Below, piece by piece: positions 13,081-26,855 of a stretch of DNA of 64,000 bases. The position numbers were made by a program, and so were the translations under genes. The DNA is taken from the NCBI RefSeq assembly GCF_964355755.1, contig NC_092674.1, positions 62,001 through 126,000 of the forward strand, in the 5' to 3' direction. The notes under the pieces were generated by a model. It searched no databases, was not told the DNA's origin, and saw nothing but the letters and a program-made list of their open reading frames with translations. The stretch comes from Antedon mediterranea (lineage: Eukaryota > Animalia > Echinodermata). Position 1 is the stretch's first letter. Each line of letters opens with the position of its first letter.

Positions 13081-14331
13081 CTACAAAAAGAAAAAAAAAA
13101 TTAAACATTTTTAAAATTTCATTTCCAAATCAGATAGTAAAATAGTAAGCAAATAAACAATGTCAACAAGTAAAGTTGTTGTAACATCACAAAGTGATGT
13201 AAAACAAATTGGTCAAATGTTTGCCCTACTCTGATGTAATGTATTTAAGTACATTAGTAATACTTGAGGTTGTGCGTTAGAGTCCCACCCGAGTATTACT
13301 ATTTTATATAATATGTACTTATATTACTTGTTATTATGTACTTATTATTAGTATAGTACAAATTACATTAGGGCAAACATCTGACCAACTCAACACCCTC
13401 ACACAAGGCTACTTCACAGTACAGTAGGTACAAACATGTAAAATCAAAATATAAACAATTCTCATTATTTAATATTAATCAATAATTCGCGTCATTTGAC
13501 ATATAAATACTTTTTAGGATCGCAGCTGGGTTTCTGTCCTTTATGAAGACACTTGTTTACAAAATACAAATTGCAAAATGAGTCATGTCTAGTACAGTAT
13601 TCCTTGGCAATTAGATGTTGTATACAGTAGATACTATGTTAAATCTCAAATGTGGGAACAATCCTTTATTTTATATATTATAATTAATTAACTCAGGTAC
13701 TGTACAACTATAAGGAAATGTAACAGGAAGTTTGGGATTGGCAAACACAAACAGTGAATTCCGCACAATTAATTTGTATTTCTACAAGTCCTATACAGTA
13801 CAGTAGTAATTTCAATTATTATATACAACTCTTAGTGTAGAAAATTGTACAATTTAAATCAGGATAATATTTGAAAGAGTTGAAAGATGATGTAGGCCTA
13901 CTGTTAACGAGACATTAAGGCCAAGTTGAAGGCATTAAAATGATGAAAAAAAGGATTTTCCCCATTCAAATACAAAACATTCATTTTTGTTTTATTGGTT
14001 TCATATTGCACAATATGCCTATTCAGGCCCCAATTTACAAAAAAGTGAATGATCTAATTCAATCATTGAAATGGGAAAATAACCAAAATTAACCAATCCA
14101 ATTAATTTGTGACATCACAACAACTGTTTAAGATTAACTTGACTATGTGACGGTTAGGTACAGTATATCCAATCTAACATAATGACTTAAAACAGATATT
14201 TCTATGATGCTAATTTTAAAAACAAAATCTATTTAACTTACAAAATAAATAAAGATGTTCCACCATTTTCAATTTATCAAACTGTTTTAATAAAATTAAA
14301 AATCAAATTTGATATTTGATACCAAACTTAC

Positions 14332-14443
14332 TAATCCTTTTAGAGTATGAGCTTATCTCCTGTAAGGTGTTCCACTGGAAGAGGAAGCTAGCTAATGCTA
14401 ATGTCCGGCTTAAAATATCTTGGAATAGAAACACGGGCACCAT
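14332..14443 (-). CDS. Candidate alternative first coding exon C of the MCF2L-like gene
   Basis: ATG-initiated, 112 nt (MVPVFLFQDILSRTLALASFLFQWNTLQEISSYSKRI), ends at a GTAAGT donor in phase 1, matching the phase-1 acceptor at 13080. Confidence 0.55.
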
Positions 14444-15539
14444 AATTATCCAAAATATTATATTCATTAAATTAGACAATACTATAAAAATTAATGCTTG
14501 TCAAATAATTCTGCATTTTATTAAGGCAGACATTTTTCTTTGAAGTAGATGGTGTACTTTCAATCCAGTACCTCAACTGTTGCTGTCATTTCTAACATAG
14601 ATACAATATCATCTTCATGATCTAATTCCAGGATCTCAATCTTCAGATTAGTAATTCCAACAATGTTTTAATTAGCTCAATTCCTTTGAAACAAAATTGT
14701 ACAAAAAGTGAAGATAATCTCAATTAGAATGAACCGTGAATAGAGAGAGTGTGCCTTATGTGTGGTTCTACTGTCTAATAAATCAACTATGATGGATCAC
14801 TGACTAGCTACAGGAAGCTCACTAAATTCCTTCTCTTAGCAACAGACTTGGCAAGATCAGGGGTATCCATAAGACGTAATACAATTATTTCAATTACGAA
14901 ATTACTTACAATACAGAATTATAATTTAAACAATTTCCTAAAATGGAATAACTTAAATAAAATAAATGTTCTGTAAATACAACTAATTAATATAACAAGA
15001 TGTTATAAAGATTAACTCATAAATGAAATCACATCTACTGTATATGCCATATGCCTACAAATGTTATCAATTCAATCACCTGCCATAATTTAATATAGAC
15101 ATAATTAGAACAAAACGTAGAATAATGTTGGTTGAATAGAATCATTTTAATGTTGAACTACATGCATTGAGAATGCCCACGTTGTGAACATCTGTGTAAA
15201 CAAAAGATTTGCAGCTAGTTTTGAAGGAACAAAATGATTTATGTTTGAAATGCCATAAACTGGTAGTAATGATTACCTTATTCTAACTAATTGTAATTTT
15301 TTAATATAAGACATACTGTCCTAAAAATAAAATATTGGACAAAATAATGACAATAAGATTGTATTATTATCATATACAGTATTCGTAAACCAACATAGTG
15401 TAAATTCTCAACTTTGCAGTGTAAAAGCATGGAGAAATTGGTCTACAACCTAAAGTACCAGTAAAATAATTCAGTATAATTCCTAAAGTCATAAACAGAA
15501 ATACTGTAGTTGGAACAACAAGGTTAACTTATGACTGTG

Positions 15540-17137
15540 TTCTCCATTTTAACTAATTTATTCAAAAGATCTTATGCAAATGATCACATACAGTATGGTG
15601 TATGTCACAGCCCATTTTAACTAATTTATTCAAAAGATCTTATGCAGATGATCACATACAGTATGGTGTATAGTCACAGCCCATTTTAACTAATTTATTC
15701 AAAAGATCTTATGCAAATGATCACATACAGTATGGTGTATGTCACAGCCCATCCACCAAAGAGTGCACTACTAGATCTTATGCAAATAATCACATACAGT
15801 ATGGTGTATGTCACATTGCTAAGGGGTGTCACGAAAGCTCAGACCACGAAAGCTCAGACCCCCTAAGACCTAAGATCACGAAAGCTAAGACCCAACACCT
15901 AAGATTACAAATATTTATCTTTCGCACCTGCCTTGTATTTTAACTCCCAACATTTATTCTGAATACCACACCTTAGAATTGGCACTTTCATGAAAAAGAA
16001 TCACATAAAAAGTAACAAATACATTTTTAAATTGATGATTTTACAGACGTTTTTCTCGCACACAAAATGACTAGCCTACAGTACAGTAGGCCTACCCCAT
16101 GGGCCATGTTCAATGTTTTTGTTTCTATGGAACGTCAAAAGAGCAAAAATTATATAGAGGGCTGAAAACTCTGTGGAGTCCATCTACAGTGTGGATGGAA
16201 CAATGTAAAATTAAAATTGTAATGATAATAGTATAATCATGCAAGTACGAAGAAATAAATACTGGCAAATAAATGTTAACTTAAAAGTTTTTTTGTTTCG
16301 TTTTCTTTCTGTTTTTATACTTGTACTATTATTGTTGCTCTTTTGGCGCTCCATAGAAACAAAAACATTGAGCGGGGAGCTCGAGGAGTTACATTACAGT
16401 ATACAAAGAAACACGCCTGTAAAATCATCAATTTAAAAGATTTATTTATTTGTTATTATGTGTTTCTCCTTCTGAAAGTACTTATAAGTCCTAATTTTAA
16501 AGTGTGGTGTTCAGGATAAAGTTAGTCAACAAATTTGGAGTCAAAATACAAGAAAGGCAGGTGCGTAAGAAAAACATCCTCTGAAGCAACACAATGGAGT
16601 AAATATATACCAACAAACAACCCGTCAAGTTTGTTTGTTGTAAAGAAAAAATATACATTTACTCAACGGGCGAAAATAATGTGAGTTTATCTATGTTTTG
16701 CGGTAGTATTAAATTATATTTATGGTAATAAATGAAACCTACTGTGTTTAAAATTATGTATGGATAAACAAGTATTGTTTTTAAGCTGTAGTATATCTTA
16801 GTATTTGTAATCTTAGGTGTTGGGTCTTAGCTTTCGTGATCTTAGGTCTTAGACTTAGGGGGTCTGAGCTTTCGTGGTCTGAGCTTTCGTGACACCCCAT
16901 TGCTAAGCCCATCCACCAAAGAGTGCACTACTAGATCTTATGCAAATGATCACATACAGTATGGTGTATGTCACAGCCCATCCACCAAAGAGTGCACTAC
17001 TAGATCTTATGCAAATGATCACATACAGTATGGTGTATGTCACAGCCCATCCACCAAAGAGTGCACTACTAGATCTTATGCAGATGATCACATACAGTAT
17101 GGTGTATGTCACAGCCCATCCACCAAAGAGTGCACTA
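15540..17137. repeat. 69-bp minisatellite split by a MITE
   Basis: Unit GATCTTATGCAAATGATCACATACAGTATGGTGTATGTCACAGCCCATCCACCAAAGAGTGCACTACTA on both sides of 15824-16897. Confidence 0.9.
15824..16897 (+). mobile_element. MULE-like MITE family A, copy 1 (~1.07 kb)
   Basis: ~90-bp TIRs starting GGGTGTCACGAAA with TAAGACC sub-repeats; 10-bp TSD CATTGCTAAG. Confidence 0.9.
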
Positions 17138-19593
17138 TACACATTTGAATGTGAAGAATAACAGTTTTTTTTTTACTATCCTAAAACAAATACAAATCAA
17201 ACTGTATCAAAGGCTTAATAAGAGGCATATTATAAACAAATTGGATGGATGTCATAAAGTTCAAGTCTACCTTTGCTCTCTTTTTACAATTCCTGTATCA
17301 TCAGAAATCAAAGTATTGGTGGAAAGCTACTTCAAATGGAACTGTAAACTTAAAAATAACAAAACAACTAATACAACAATACTGTTGTTATTTTCAAGGT
17401 TTATAATCAAGCAGGACATCAATAGGCACCTATTTTAATATGGCTCCAAGAATATTTTGAGAAACAATTAAAAAGAAACAGTTTCAATACTATGAAATGA
17501 TGATTATACTATCAATAATCTATTAAATTGATCAGTGAAAACGTACACATTTACAAATTATACCAGAATGCAGTTATACAAACTCACTGTATTACAAATT
17601 TTTCATTGAAGTTTTATGCTGGTGGTGTACAGGAGTCAATCAAATTATCACTCAAATTAACTACTAGTGATAATATTTGCTGAAGGAGGGAAAACTAGTT
17701 GGCAAATGGGTAGATTAAAACAGAGAGGTATACAAATATAATATTATTTATATATACAGTATTATTTTATACTTCCCTGATTAAAAACTGGAACTTAAAA
17801 TTTACGCCTACCGTTTATCCAATTCAATATAAACAAATTGTATGCAAGAATATTGCTGGTAACAAAAATTTTAAAGGCTAAAGCTGTATTATAAAATTAT
17901 TTCAATATTGAAATAATTTTTCAAAATGGGTTTAGGATGAGAAATAAACAATTTATTTTATATTTAGCAAATCAGAAACTATCTATAATCAATAGATTCC
18001 AAATCAATTGAAATAAGATTTTAAAAAATGAACATTGGCACTGATATAATTAAACACTACACAGAAACAATATATTACCTCATTAGAACCAAAAACATTC
18101 CAGTACTACTAATATCCTTGTTATAATATTCCAATTCTAAAATGTCACACCATCTACATGTATTGATATTTGGCATATAAACCAAAAACATTAAACTGTT
18201 TAAAGTATACTGTCGTATAATAATAGGTAAAGTGATATTGACAATAGGCGTGTATACTATGATCAGTGAAGCATGAAGACTGAATCATTCAATGAAGTCC
18301 TTTTATTATTAACGCCAACATGCCGAGTATTAACTATAATCAATACAATAGCACTATATTGCAACATGTGGTAGTTGAATAAAAAAACAATATTGTCAGA
18401 TTTGATAGATATTACTTTGACGACAATAATTCCACTAAATGAAATAACAACACAGTCTGACAACTCATCTAAACATTTTGAAAAATGGTCTCTACAGTGG
18501 CAGAAAATGATATAATTGATGAATGATTGTCATGCTGGAAAAATAAAGCATTTAACTAATTGTACTTTTATATTTGCATCCTATAGGCTACCAATGTTAT
18601 AGCTAGGATTGTAGTATTTATATTGGCATCCTATAGGCTACCAATGTTATATAGCTAGGATTGTAGTATTTATATTTGCATCCTATAGGCTATCAATGTT
18701 ATAGCTAGGATTGTAGTATTTATATTTGCATCCTATAGGCTTCCAATGTTATAGCTAGGATTGTAGTATTTATATTTGCATCCTATAGGCTTCCAATGTT
18801 ATAGCTAGGTTTGTAGTATTTATATTTGCATCCTATAGGCTACCAATGTTATAGCTAGGATTGTAGTATTTATATTTACATCCTATAGGCCATCAATGTT
18901 ATAGCTAGGATTGTAGTATTCATATTTGCATCCTATAGGCTTCCAATGTTATAGCTAGGATTGTAGTATTTATATTTGCATCCTATAGGCTACCAATGTT
19001 ATAGCTAGGATTGTAGTATTTATATTTGCATCCTATAGGCTACCAATGTTATAGCTAGGATTGTAGTATTTATATTTGCATCCTATAGGCTACCAATGTT
19101 ATAGCTAGGATTGTAGTATTTATATTTGCATCCTATAGGCTACCAATGTTATAGCTAGGATTGTAGTATTTATATTTACATCCTATAGGCTTCCAATGTT
19201 ATAGCTAGGATTGTAGTATTTATATTTGCATCCTATAGGCTACCAATGTTATAGCTAGGATTGTAGTATTTATATTTACATCCTATAGGCTATCAATGTT
19301 ATAGCTAGGATTGTAGTATTTATATTTGCATCCTATAGGCTTCCAATGTTATAGCTAGGATTGTAGTATTTATATTTGCATCCTATAGGCTTCCAATGTT
19401 ATAGCTAGGATTGTAGTATTTATATTTGCATCCTATAGGCTACCAATGTTATAGCTAGGATTGTAGTATTTATATTTGCATCCTATAGGCTTCCAATGTT
19501 ATAGCTAGGATTGTAGTATTTATATTTGCATCCTATAGGCTACCAATGTTATAGCTAGGATTGTAGTATTTATATTTGCATCCTATAGCTTCC

Positions 19594-19991
19594 AATTTTA
19601 AAGTGTGGTGTTCAGGATAAAGTTAGTCAACAAATTTGGAGTCAAAATACAAGAAAGGCAGGTGCGTAAGAAAAACATCCTCTGAACCAACACAATGGAG
19701 TAAATATATACCAACAAACAACCCGTCAAGTTTGTTTGTTGTAAAGAAAAAATATACATTTACTCAACGGGCGAAAATAATGTGAGTTTATCTATGTTTT
19801 GCGGTAGTATTAAATTATATTTATGGTAATAAATTAAACCTACTGTGTTTAAAATTATGTATGGATAAACAAGTATTGTCTTTAAGCTGTAGTATATCTT
19901 AGTATTTGTAATCTTAGGTGTTGGGTCTTAGCTTTCGTGATCTTAGGTCTTAGGGGGTCTGGCTTTCGTGGTCTTAGGTTTCGTGACACCC
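19594..19991 (+). mobile_element. MITE family A, copy 2 (left part deleted)
   Basis: Near-identical to 16493-16897; retains the right TIR ...TTTCGTGACACCC. Confidence 0.88.
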
Positions 19992-20082
19992 GCTACAAAT
20001 GTTATATAGCTAGGATTGTAGTATTTATATTTGCATCCTATAGGCTACCAATGTTATAGCTAGGATTGTAATATTTATATTT

Positions 20083-21156
20083 GGGTGTCACGAAACCTAA
20101 GACCACGAAAGCTAAGACCCCCTAAGACCTAAGATCACGAAAGCTAAGACCCAACACCTAAGATTACAAATATTTATCTTTCGCACCTGCCTTGTATTTT
20201 AACTCCCAACATTTATTCTGAATACCGCACCTTAGAATTGGCACTTTCATGAAAAAGAATCACATAAAAAGTAACAAATACATTTTTAAATTGATGATTT
20301 TACAGACGTTTTTCTCGCACACAAAATGACTAGCCTACAGTACAGTAGGCCTACCCCATGTTCAATGTTTTTGTTTCTATGGAACGTCAAAAGAGCAAAA
20401 ATTATATAGAGAGCTGAAAACTCTGTGGAGTCCATCTACAGTGTGGATGGAACAATGTAAAATTAAAATTGTAATGATAATAGTATAATCATGCAAGTAC
20501 AAAGAAATAAATACTGGCAAATAAATTTTAATTTAAAAATCATGATAAGTTTTTTTGTTTCGTTTTCTTTCTGTTTTTATACTTGTACTATTATTGTTGC
20601 TCTTTTGGCGCTCCATAGAAACAAAAACATTGAGCATGGGGAGCTCGAGGAGTTACATTACATGTATACAAAGAAACACATCTGTAAAATCATCACTTTA
20701 AAGGATTTATTTATTTGTTATTATGTGTTTCTCCTTCTGAAAGTACTTATAAGTCCTAATTTTAAAGTGTGGTGTTCAGGATAATGTTAGTCAACAAATT
20801 TGGAGTCAAAATACAAGAAAGGCAGGTGCGTAAGAAAAACATCCTCTGAACCAACACAATGGAGTAAATATATACCAACAAACAACCCGTCAAGTTTGTT
20901 TGTTGTAAAGAAAAAATATACATTTACTCAACGGGCGAAAATAATGTGAGTTTATCTATGTTTTGCGGTAGTATTAAATTATATTTATGGTAATAAATGA
21001 AACCTAATGTGTTTAAAATTATGTATGGATAAACAAGTATTGTTTTTAAGCTGTAGTATATCTTAGTATTTGTAATCTTAGGTGTTGGGTCTTAGCTTTC
21101 GTGATCTTAGGTCTTAGGGGGTCTTAGCTTTCGTGGTCTTAGGTTTCGTGACACCC
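20083..21156 (+). mobile_element. MITE family A, copy 3
   Basis: Same TIRs; 10-bp TSD ATTTATATTT. Confidence 0.9.
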
Positions 21157-22934
21157 ATTTATATTTGCATCCTATAGGCTTCCCATGTTATAGCTAGGAT
21201 TGTAGTATTTATATTTACATCCTATAGGCTTCCAATGTTATAGCTAGGATTGTAGTATTTATATTTACATCCTATAGGCTATCAATGTTATATAGCTAGG
21301 ATTGTAGTATTTATATTTGCATCCTATAGGCTACCAATGTTATAGCTAGGATTGTAGTATTTATATTTGCATCCTATAGGCTTCCAATGTTATAGCTAGG
21401 ATTGTAGTATTTATATTTACATCCTATAGGCTTCCAATGTTATAGCTAGGATTGTAGTATTTATATTTGCATCCTATAGGCTACCAATGTTATAGTTAGG
21501 ATTGTAGTATAATATGCTAATTACAAATGTATGATATATGCTTCAATAATTGAATCGTTTTTTATTTTTTTAGAATTTAAAATTGTATTCACAAAATGAA
21601 ACAAATTTGTTGACAAAAACTGAACTCAATGTGAACTTGTACAAAACCTAGCTTTGTCTAACCATTATGATCAGTGGTATAGAAAACCAAGGTTTAATAC
21701 AATTCAAATCTTTATCTGAATACTGTTTACAACAATATAGTCTGGATTATGGCACTGTATCTAAATTCAAGAGCAAGTAAGGAATTCAAGTGTTCAAAAC
21801 CAGCTGAATATTACTTTTATTTTTACTGCACTTCAGCACAATGAACCTAATTGGCCTTCATAAATATTAATAACATTTAATGTACTGAACTGTATAATAT
21901 TAAATGTACTGTACTAATAATTAATAGTGACTGATGAATATATTGCTTTTAGGAGGCAATGACAAATTGCAGCCTCTCTTAAAACTTTGACTACCAAAAA
22001 TATTACTGTGTTTTAAATAAACATATAATATCTCTATTATCTATAATATGTCACTAGCATAGCCTGCACATTGAATTTAAAATATAAAATATTACTGTGG
22101 TTTAAATAAACATATAATGTCTCTGTTACTAGCATAGCCTGCACATTGAATTTAAAATTGTATGTTTATTGATTCAATATTATTATTGAAATGTTGTTTA
22201 GGCTTAAAGATTAAGATATTGTCCAAAGAAGAACCTTAAAGGAGACATCTGCATCATTCCACCAATTCATCAGCTTTTAATTTGTCAGGAGTAATATCAT
22301 AAAATAACTGCCCTATTCTGATTTAATTTAGGCCCCTGGAAAATTACAAATTTTAAAGCACAAAATGTCCAAAGTGTAGCAGGTGTTGATTCCCATGTGA
22401 GTCACTGACTGGATTCATTACATTATGGGGTTTGTCCGGTTGATAAAGGGTTTTAAAATGTGAATGCGTATAGATATGGAGGTGCCATGGATTGTGTGAC
22501 CAGTACTACCTAGAACTAAGGGTGTTAGGGTTGTAAGTGAACAAGTTCCATTATGTATATCACATCTGATTATTGACATCAGTTTGAATAATCATGTGAG
22601 ATGTATTTGGTAAATTAATGACAGCTTATTTAATACAAAAAACTATTTTAAAATTAAATATTCATGATAAAAATCAATTTTACAAACAAATCAAATAAAA
22701 CTCACCCATAAACAAATGATTTTGACTTTCCATAGCAAATGGCAATATTTAAAATCAATGAGCTTTTATTTATAGTTTAAAATTAAATTTGTAACTTATA
22801 TACTATATCAACACGTATAAAGTGCATTATTAAGTTTAAGGATATTTGGTGAATCACTTCATGTACAGGAAGATAGACAATCACAAGTCTTAATTTCATA
22901 TTTGGTGAAGAAGACTATATTAGTCAAAAAGTAC

Positions 22935-23145
22935 AATAATTAGTTTGTGTGACAAACTGTTTTCATACTGAAGAAGGGGTTATTCAATAATTAGTTTGTG
23001 TGACAAACTGTTTTCATACTGAAGAAGGGATTATTCAATAATTAGTTTGTGTGACAAACTGTTTTCATACTGAAGAAGGGTTATTCAATAATTTTAGTTT
23101 GTGTAACAAACTGTTTTCATACCGAAGAAGGGTTATTCAATAATT
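22935..23145. repeat. ~51-bp tandem repeat, 4 copies
   Basis: Unit AATAATTAGTTTGTGTGACAAACTGTTTTCATACTGAAGAAGGGTTATTC. Confidence 0.9.
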
Positions 23146-24646
23146 CTATCAATATTTCAGGATACTTGATGATGTTTTATCATTTTATAAATAGGCCTAC
23201 TACAGTACTAGCATTTCACTATATTTCTGTACTTGGTATAAGTTATGTTCTGATTATCCTACAGGAAATAGAACATTGTTGAAATTAATTAATCTTATAT
23301 TATACAAATATGATTAAGAATTAGAGACTGGAAAATCTACCTTTTGTTATCAGTGCTGTAGTTCCACTTGACCTAGATAAAGACAGGCCTACTCAATTCG
23401 TAGATTATCAATAATTAGTACTATCATCTACAAATGCCATGAAAAATACCATGTTTGAGTAACAGAATTTATAGTTTTAAATATACAAATTGTGGAAATT
23501 AGCCTGTAAACAAAATGTAATACAAACTCAAGCATTGAACTCTAACCCATATATTAATTTGTATAGGTCACAATGATTGTAGAATCAGGTGTGCTGCTAC
23601 AGAAGCCCAACTCATCATCAACCCATTATTTATTTATTTGTTCTTTCTTTAAACTGAAATACACTTTCAATACAAATGTACTGATTTCCAAAGTGGTTCA
23701 GAATCAGGTGGGCTGCTACAGAAGCCCAACTCATCAACTCATTAGTATCTATAGTGTTTATTAGTAGTTGTCTGTATTACAGTACTGTATATCCAATTGC
23801 TTTCTAAAAGTTAAATGGTTTGTTCTACTGAACAAGAATGTAAAGTTTTCAAAAACACAGTCCCAATCGAACCCACAGTGTACTTGATTGAGAAGGAACA
23901 CATCTTGAATGCATCTGTCAGTTTATAGATCTGTTTAACATTTTAACAAATCAATAGAATAAAATATGAATAAGAATAACATAATTGACATTGACTTTCC
24001 TCACCTTCTTGCAGACTGAATAATCTATAGATTATCCCTCTATATAATCCCATGGTTACTAAACCATCCTTTTTAATCTGGCCTTTTTTAATCAATGTTT
24101 TGCACTCCATTTCTATTCATGTCAAACGTCTGTATTTTGAATAAGCCAATCTAACCAAGCATAATCATTACTCACTAATTCACAGTGCAATTATGAATGC
24201 CATAGTAACAGCCTGTGGTAAGATTGGATTTGTTGAACTGCAGTCTATGATTATATTCAATTAAAGTGCATACTGAATGATGGAATAGACTAAATGTATA
24301 CATTGGGGTAAAACTTAATATAAATTATTGACCAATACACTGCAAATTACAACAGGTCTAGTACATGATTTAGAATACATACAAGAAATCATGCAGAAAT
24401 ATAGCTGTTATAGAAAGTTTGTTTTGTGTTCATCATATATTTTTATAGGCCTAATTGAAGAAAAAAAATGATTGATGGAGGAAGGAATTGTTATCAAGAA
24501 AGGCATATTAACACGATGGTACAACAGCTTTTCTAACAAGACTCACTACTACAAACAAGATGGAAGAGACTCACTACTACAAACAATTATGACAAAAAAT
24601 TGTTTGTGAAAAAACAAACAATTACAAAATTACATCAGAAACTTAC

Positions 24647-24734
24647 TCATTAAAGACCATTCTTCACCATCGATAGTTATCTGCTCAAATGGACTCTTGG
24701 CCCTACTGACTGGACGACTAGGAGGCCATTCCAT
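24647..24734 (-). CDS. Candidate alternative first coding exon B of the MCF2L-like gene
   Basis: ATG-initiated, 88 nt (MEWPPSRPVSRAKSPFEQITIDGEEWSLM), GTAAGT donor, phase 1. Confidence 0.55.
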
Positions 24735-25299
24735 AATCCATGGGATAAAATGTACAGTACTGTATGCCTAAACCATCAAAGAAATACTGTAACTAATAGC
24801 TAACATGGTCACTATAATCTGATAATCAATAATTAACAATACAATGTTGGAATGATATTGATAACCTATAGAGATCAGACAATTCAGTATTACACTGATA
24901 GAGGAACAACTATCAAGGTAAAGTGAATGATTGAATGACACTACTGAACAAAAACAAATCCCAAATATGACTGTTAAACGAACTTCTCCTAAATAAACCA
25001 ATTAGTTTATCAACTATATAACATTATATGTAGGACTAAAACTTTATATTAACATCAATAACCAGGTAACAAGATTAATATGTCAGATGATTGAATCATG
25101 GAATAGTAAAAATGTAAAACTGAATATTACAATTGACCTACTACAATACAAACAAAACAATTGAGCACAATCACGCAGTATCAACAAGGTCTCAATCCTT
25201 ATATTACCAGACTAACAGACTTAATAATTATTATAATAGTACACAGCGCTCTTCATCAAGTCACATCCGTGGATGTTAATGTGTTGTTAACCATGGTAT

Positions 25300-25510
25300 A
25301 TAACTCTAATAGTAATGGTCAGAGGTACTTGAATATAGCTAACTCTAATAGTAATGGTCAGAGGCACTTGAATATAGCTAACTCTAACTAATACTAATGG
25401 TCAGAGGTACTTGAATATAGCTAACTCTAATAGTAATGGTCAGAGGCACTTGAATATAGCTAACTCTAATACTAATAGTAATGGTCAAAGGTATTTGAAT
25501 ATAGCTAACT
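25300..25510. repeat. ~39-bp tandem repeat, 5 copies
   Basis: Unit TAGTAATGGTCAGAGGTACTTGAATATAGCTAACTCTAA. Confidence 0.9.
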
Positions 25511-25551
25511 CAAATTGGTTTCAAATGTAAAATAGACAGATACAGTAGTGC

Positions 25552-26630
25552 GGGTGTCACGAAACCTAAGACCACAAAAGCTCAGACCCCCTAAGACCTA
25601 AGATCACGAAAGCTAAGACCCAACACCTAAGATTACAAATACTAAGATATACTACAGCTTAAAAACAATACTTGTTTATCCATACATAATTTTAAACACA
25701 GTAGGTTTCATTTATTACCATAAATATAATTAAATACTACCGCAAAACATAGATAAACTCACATTATTTTCGCCCGTTGAGTAAATGTATATTTTTTCCT
25801 TACAACAAACAAACTTGACAGGTTGTTTGTTGGTATATATTTACTCCATTGTGTTGCTTCAGAGGATGTTTTTCTTACGCACCTGCCTTTCTTGTATTTT
25901 GACTCCAAATTTGTTGACTAACTTTATCCTGAACACCACACTTTAAAATTAGGACTTATAAGTACTTTCAGAAGGAGAAACACATAATAACAAATAAATA
26001 AATCCTTTAAATTGATGATTTTACAGATGTGTTTCTTTGTATACTGTAATGTAACTCCTCGAGCTCCCCATGCTCAATGTTTTTGTTTCTATGGAGCGCC
26101 AAAAGAGCAACATAATAGTACAAGTATAAAAACAGAAAGAAAACGAAACAAAAAAACTTATCATGATTTTTAAATTAAAATTTATTTGCCAGTATTTATT
26201 TCTTCGTACTTGCATGATTATACTATTATCATTACAATTTTAATTTTACATTGTTCCATCCACACTGTAGATGGACTCCACAGAGTTTTCAGCCCTCTAT
26301 ATAATTTTTGCTCCTTTGACGTTCCATAGAAACAAAAACATTGAACATGGCCCATGGGGTAGGCCTACTGTACTGTAGGCTAGTCATTTTGTGTGCGAGA
26401 AAAACGTCTGTAAAATCATCAATTTAAAAATGTATTTGTTACTTTTTATGTGATTCTTTTTCATGAAAGTGCCAATTCTAAGGTGTGGTATTCAGAATAA
26501 ATGTTGGGAGTTAAAATACAAGGCAGGTGCGAAAGATAAATATTTGTAATCTTAGGTCTTGGGTATTAGCTTTCGTGATCTTAGGTCTTAGGGGGTCTTC
26601 GCTTTCGTGGTCTTAGGTTTCGTGACACCC
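25552..26630 (-). mobile_element. MITE family A, copy 4 (inverted orientation)
   Basis: Same TIRs; 10-bp TSD ACAGTAGTGC. Confidence 0.9.
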
Positions 26631-26749
26631 ACAGTAGTGCCGCATCATATGTTTTTTGCATTGAAGGAAAAACAAGCTACAACCGCATTTGTAATTCTGA
26701 AAAAGAGAAAACAGAAACAAACCAAAAATCCAAAATAAGTTCAACTTAC

Positions 26750-26855
26750 GTAGTCTGTAGCTGATAACTTGATCTTCATTATTTGTAGAATGTCTTCTGG
26801 AAAAACAGAGAGAATCAAACTCACTGAACGATGAACCAAAAAATGAAAGACTCAT
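26750..26855 (-). CDS. Candidate alternative first coding exon A of the MCF2L-like gene
   Basis: ATG-initiated, 106 nt (MSLSFFGSSFSEFDSLCFSRRHSTNNEDQVISYRL), GTAAGT donor, phase 1. Confidence 0.55.

Larger units (their letters stand above)
18570..21510. repeat. 50-bp minisatellite containing two MITE insertions
   Basis: Unit TATATTTGCATCCTATAGGCTACCAATGTTATAGCTAGGATTGTAGTATT. Confidence 0.95.

Noticed and set aside
16239-16436. Recurring small ORF MQVRRNKYWQIN... (also 20491-20784 and 26021-26215)
   Set aside because: It lies inside MITE family A copies, and indels shift the frame between copies, so it is not under coding constraint.
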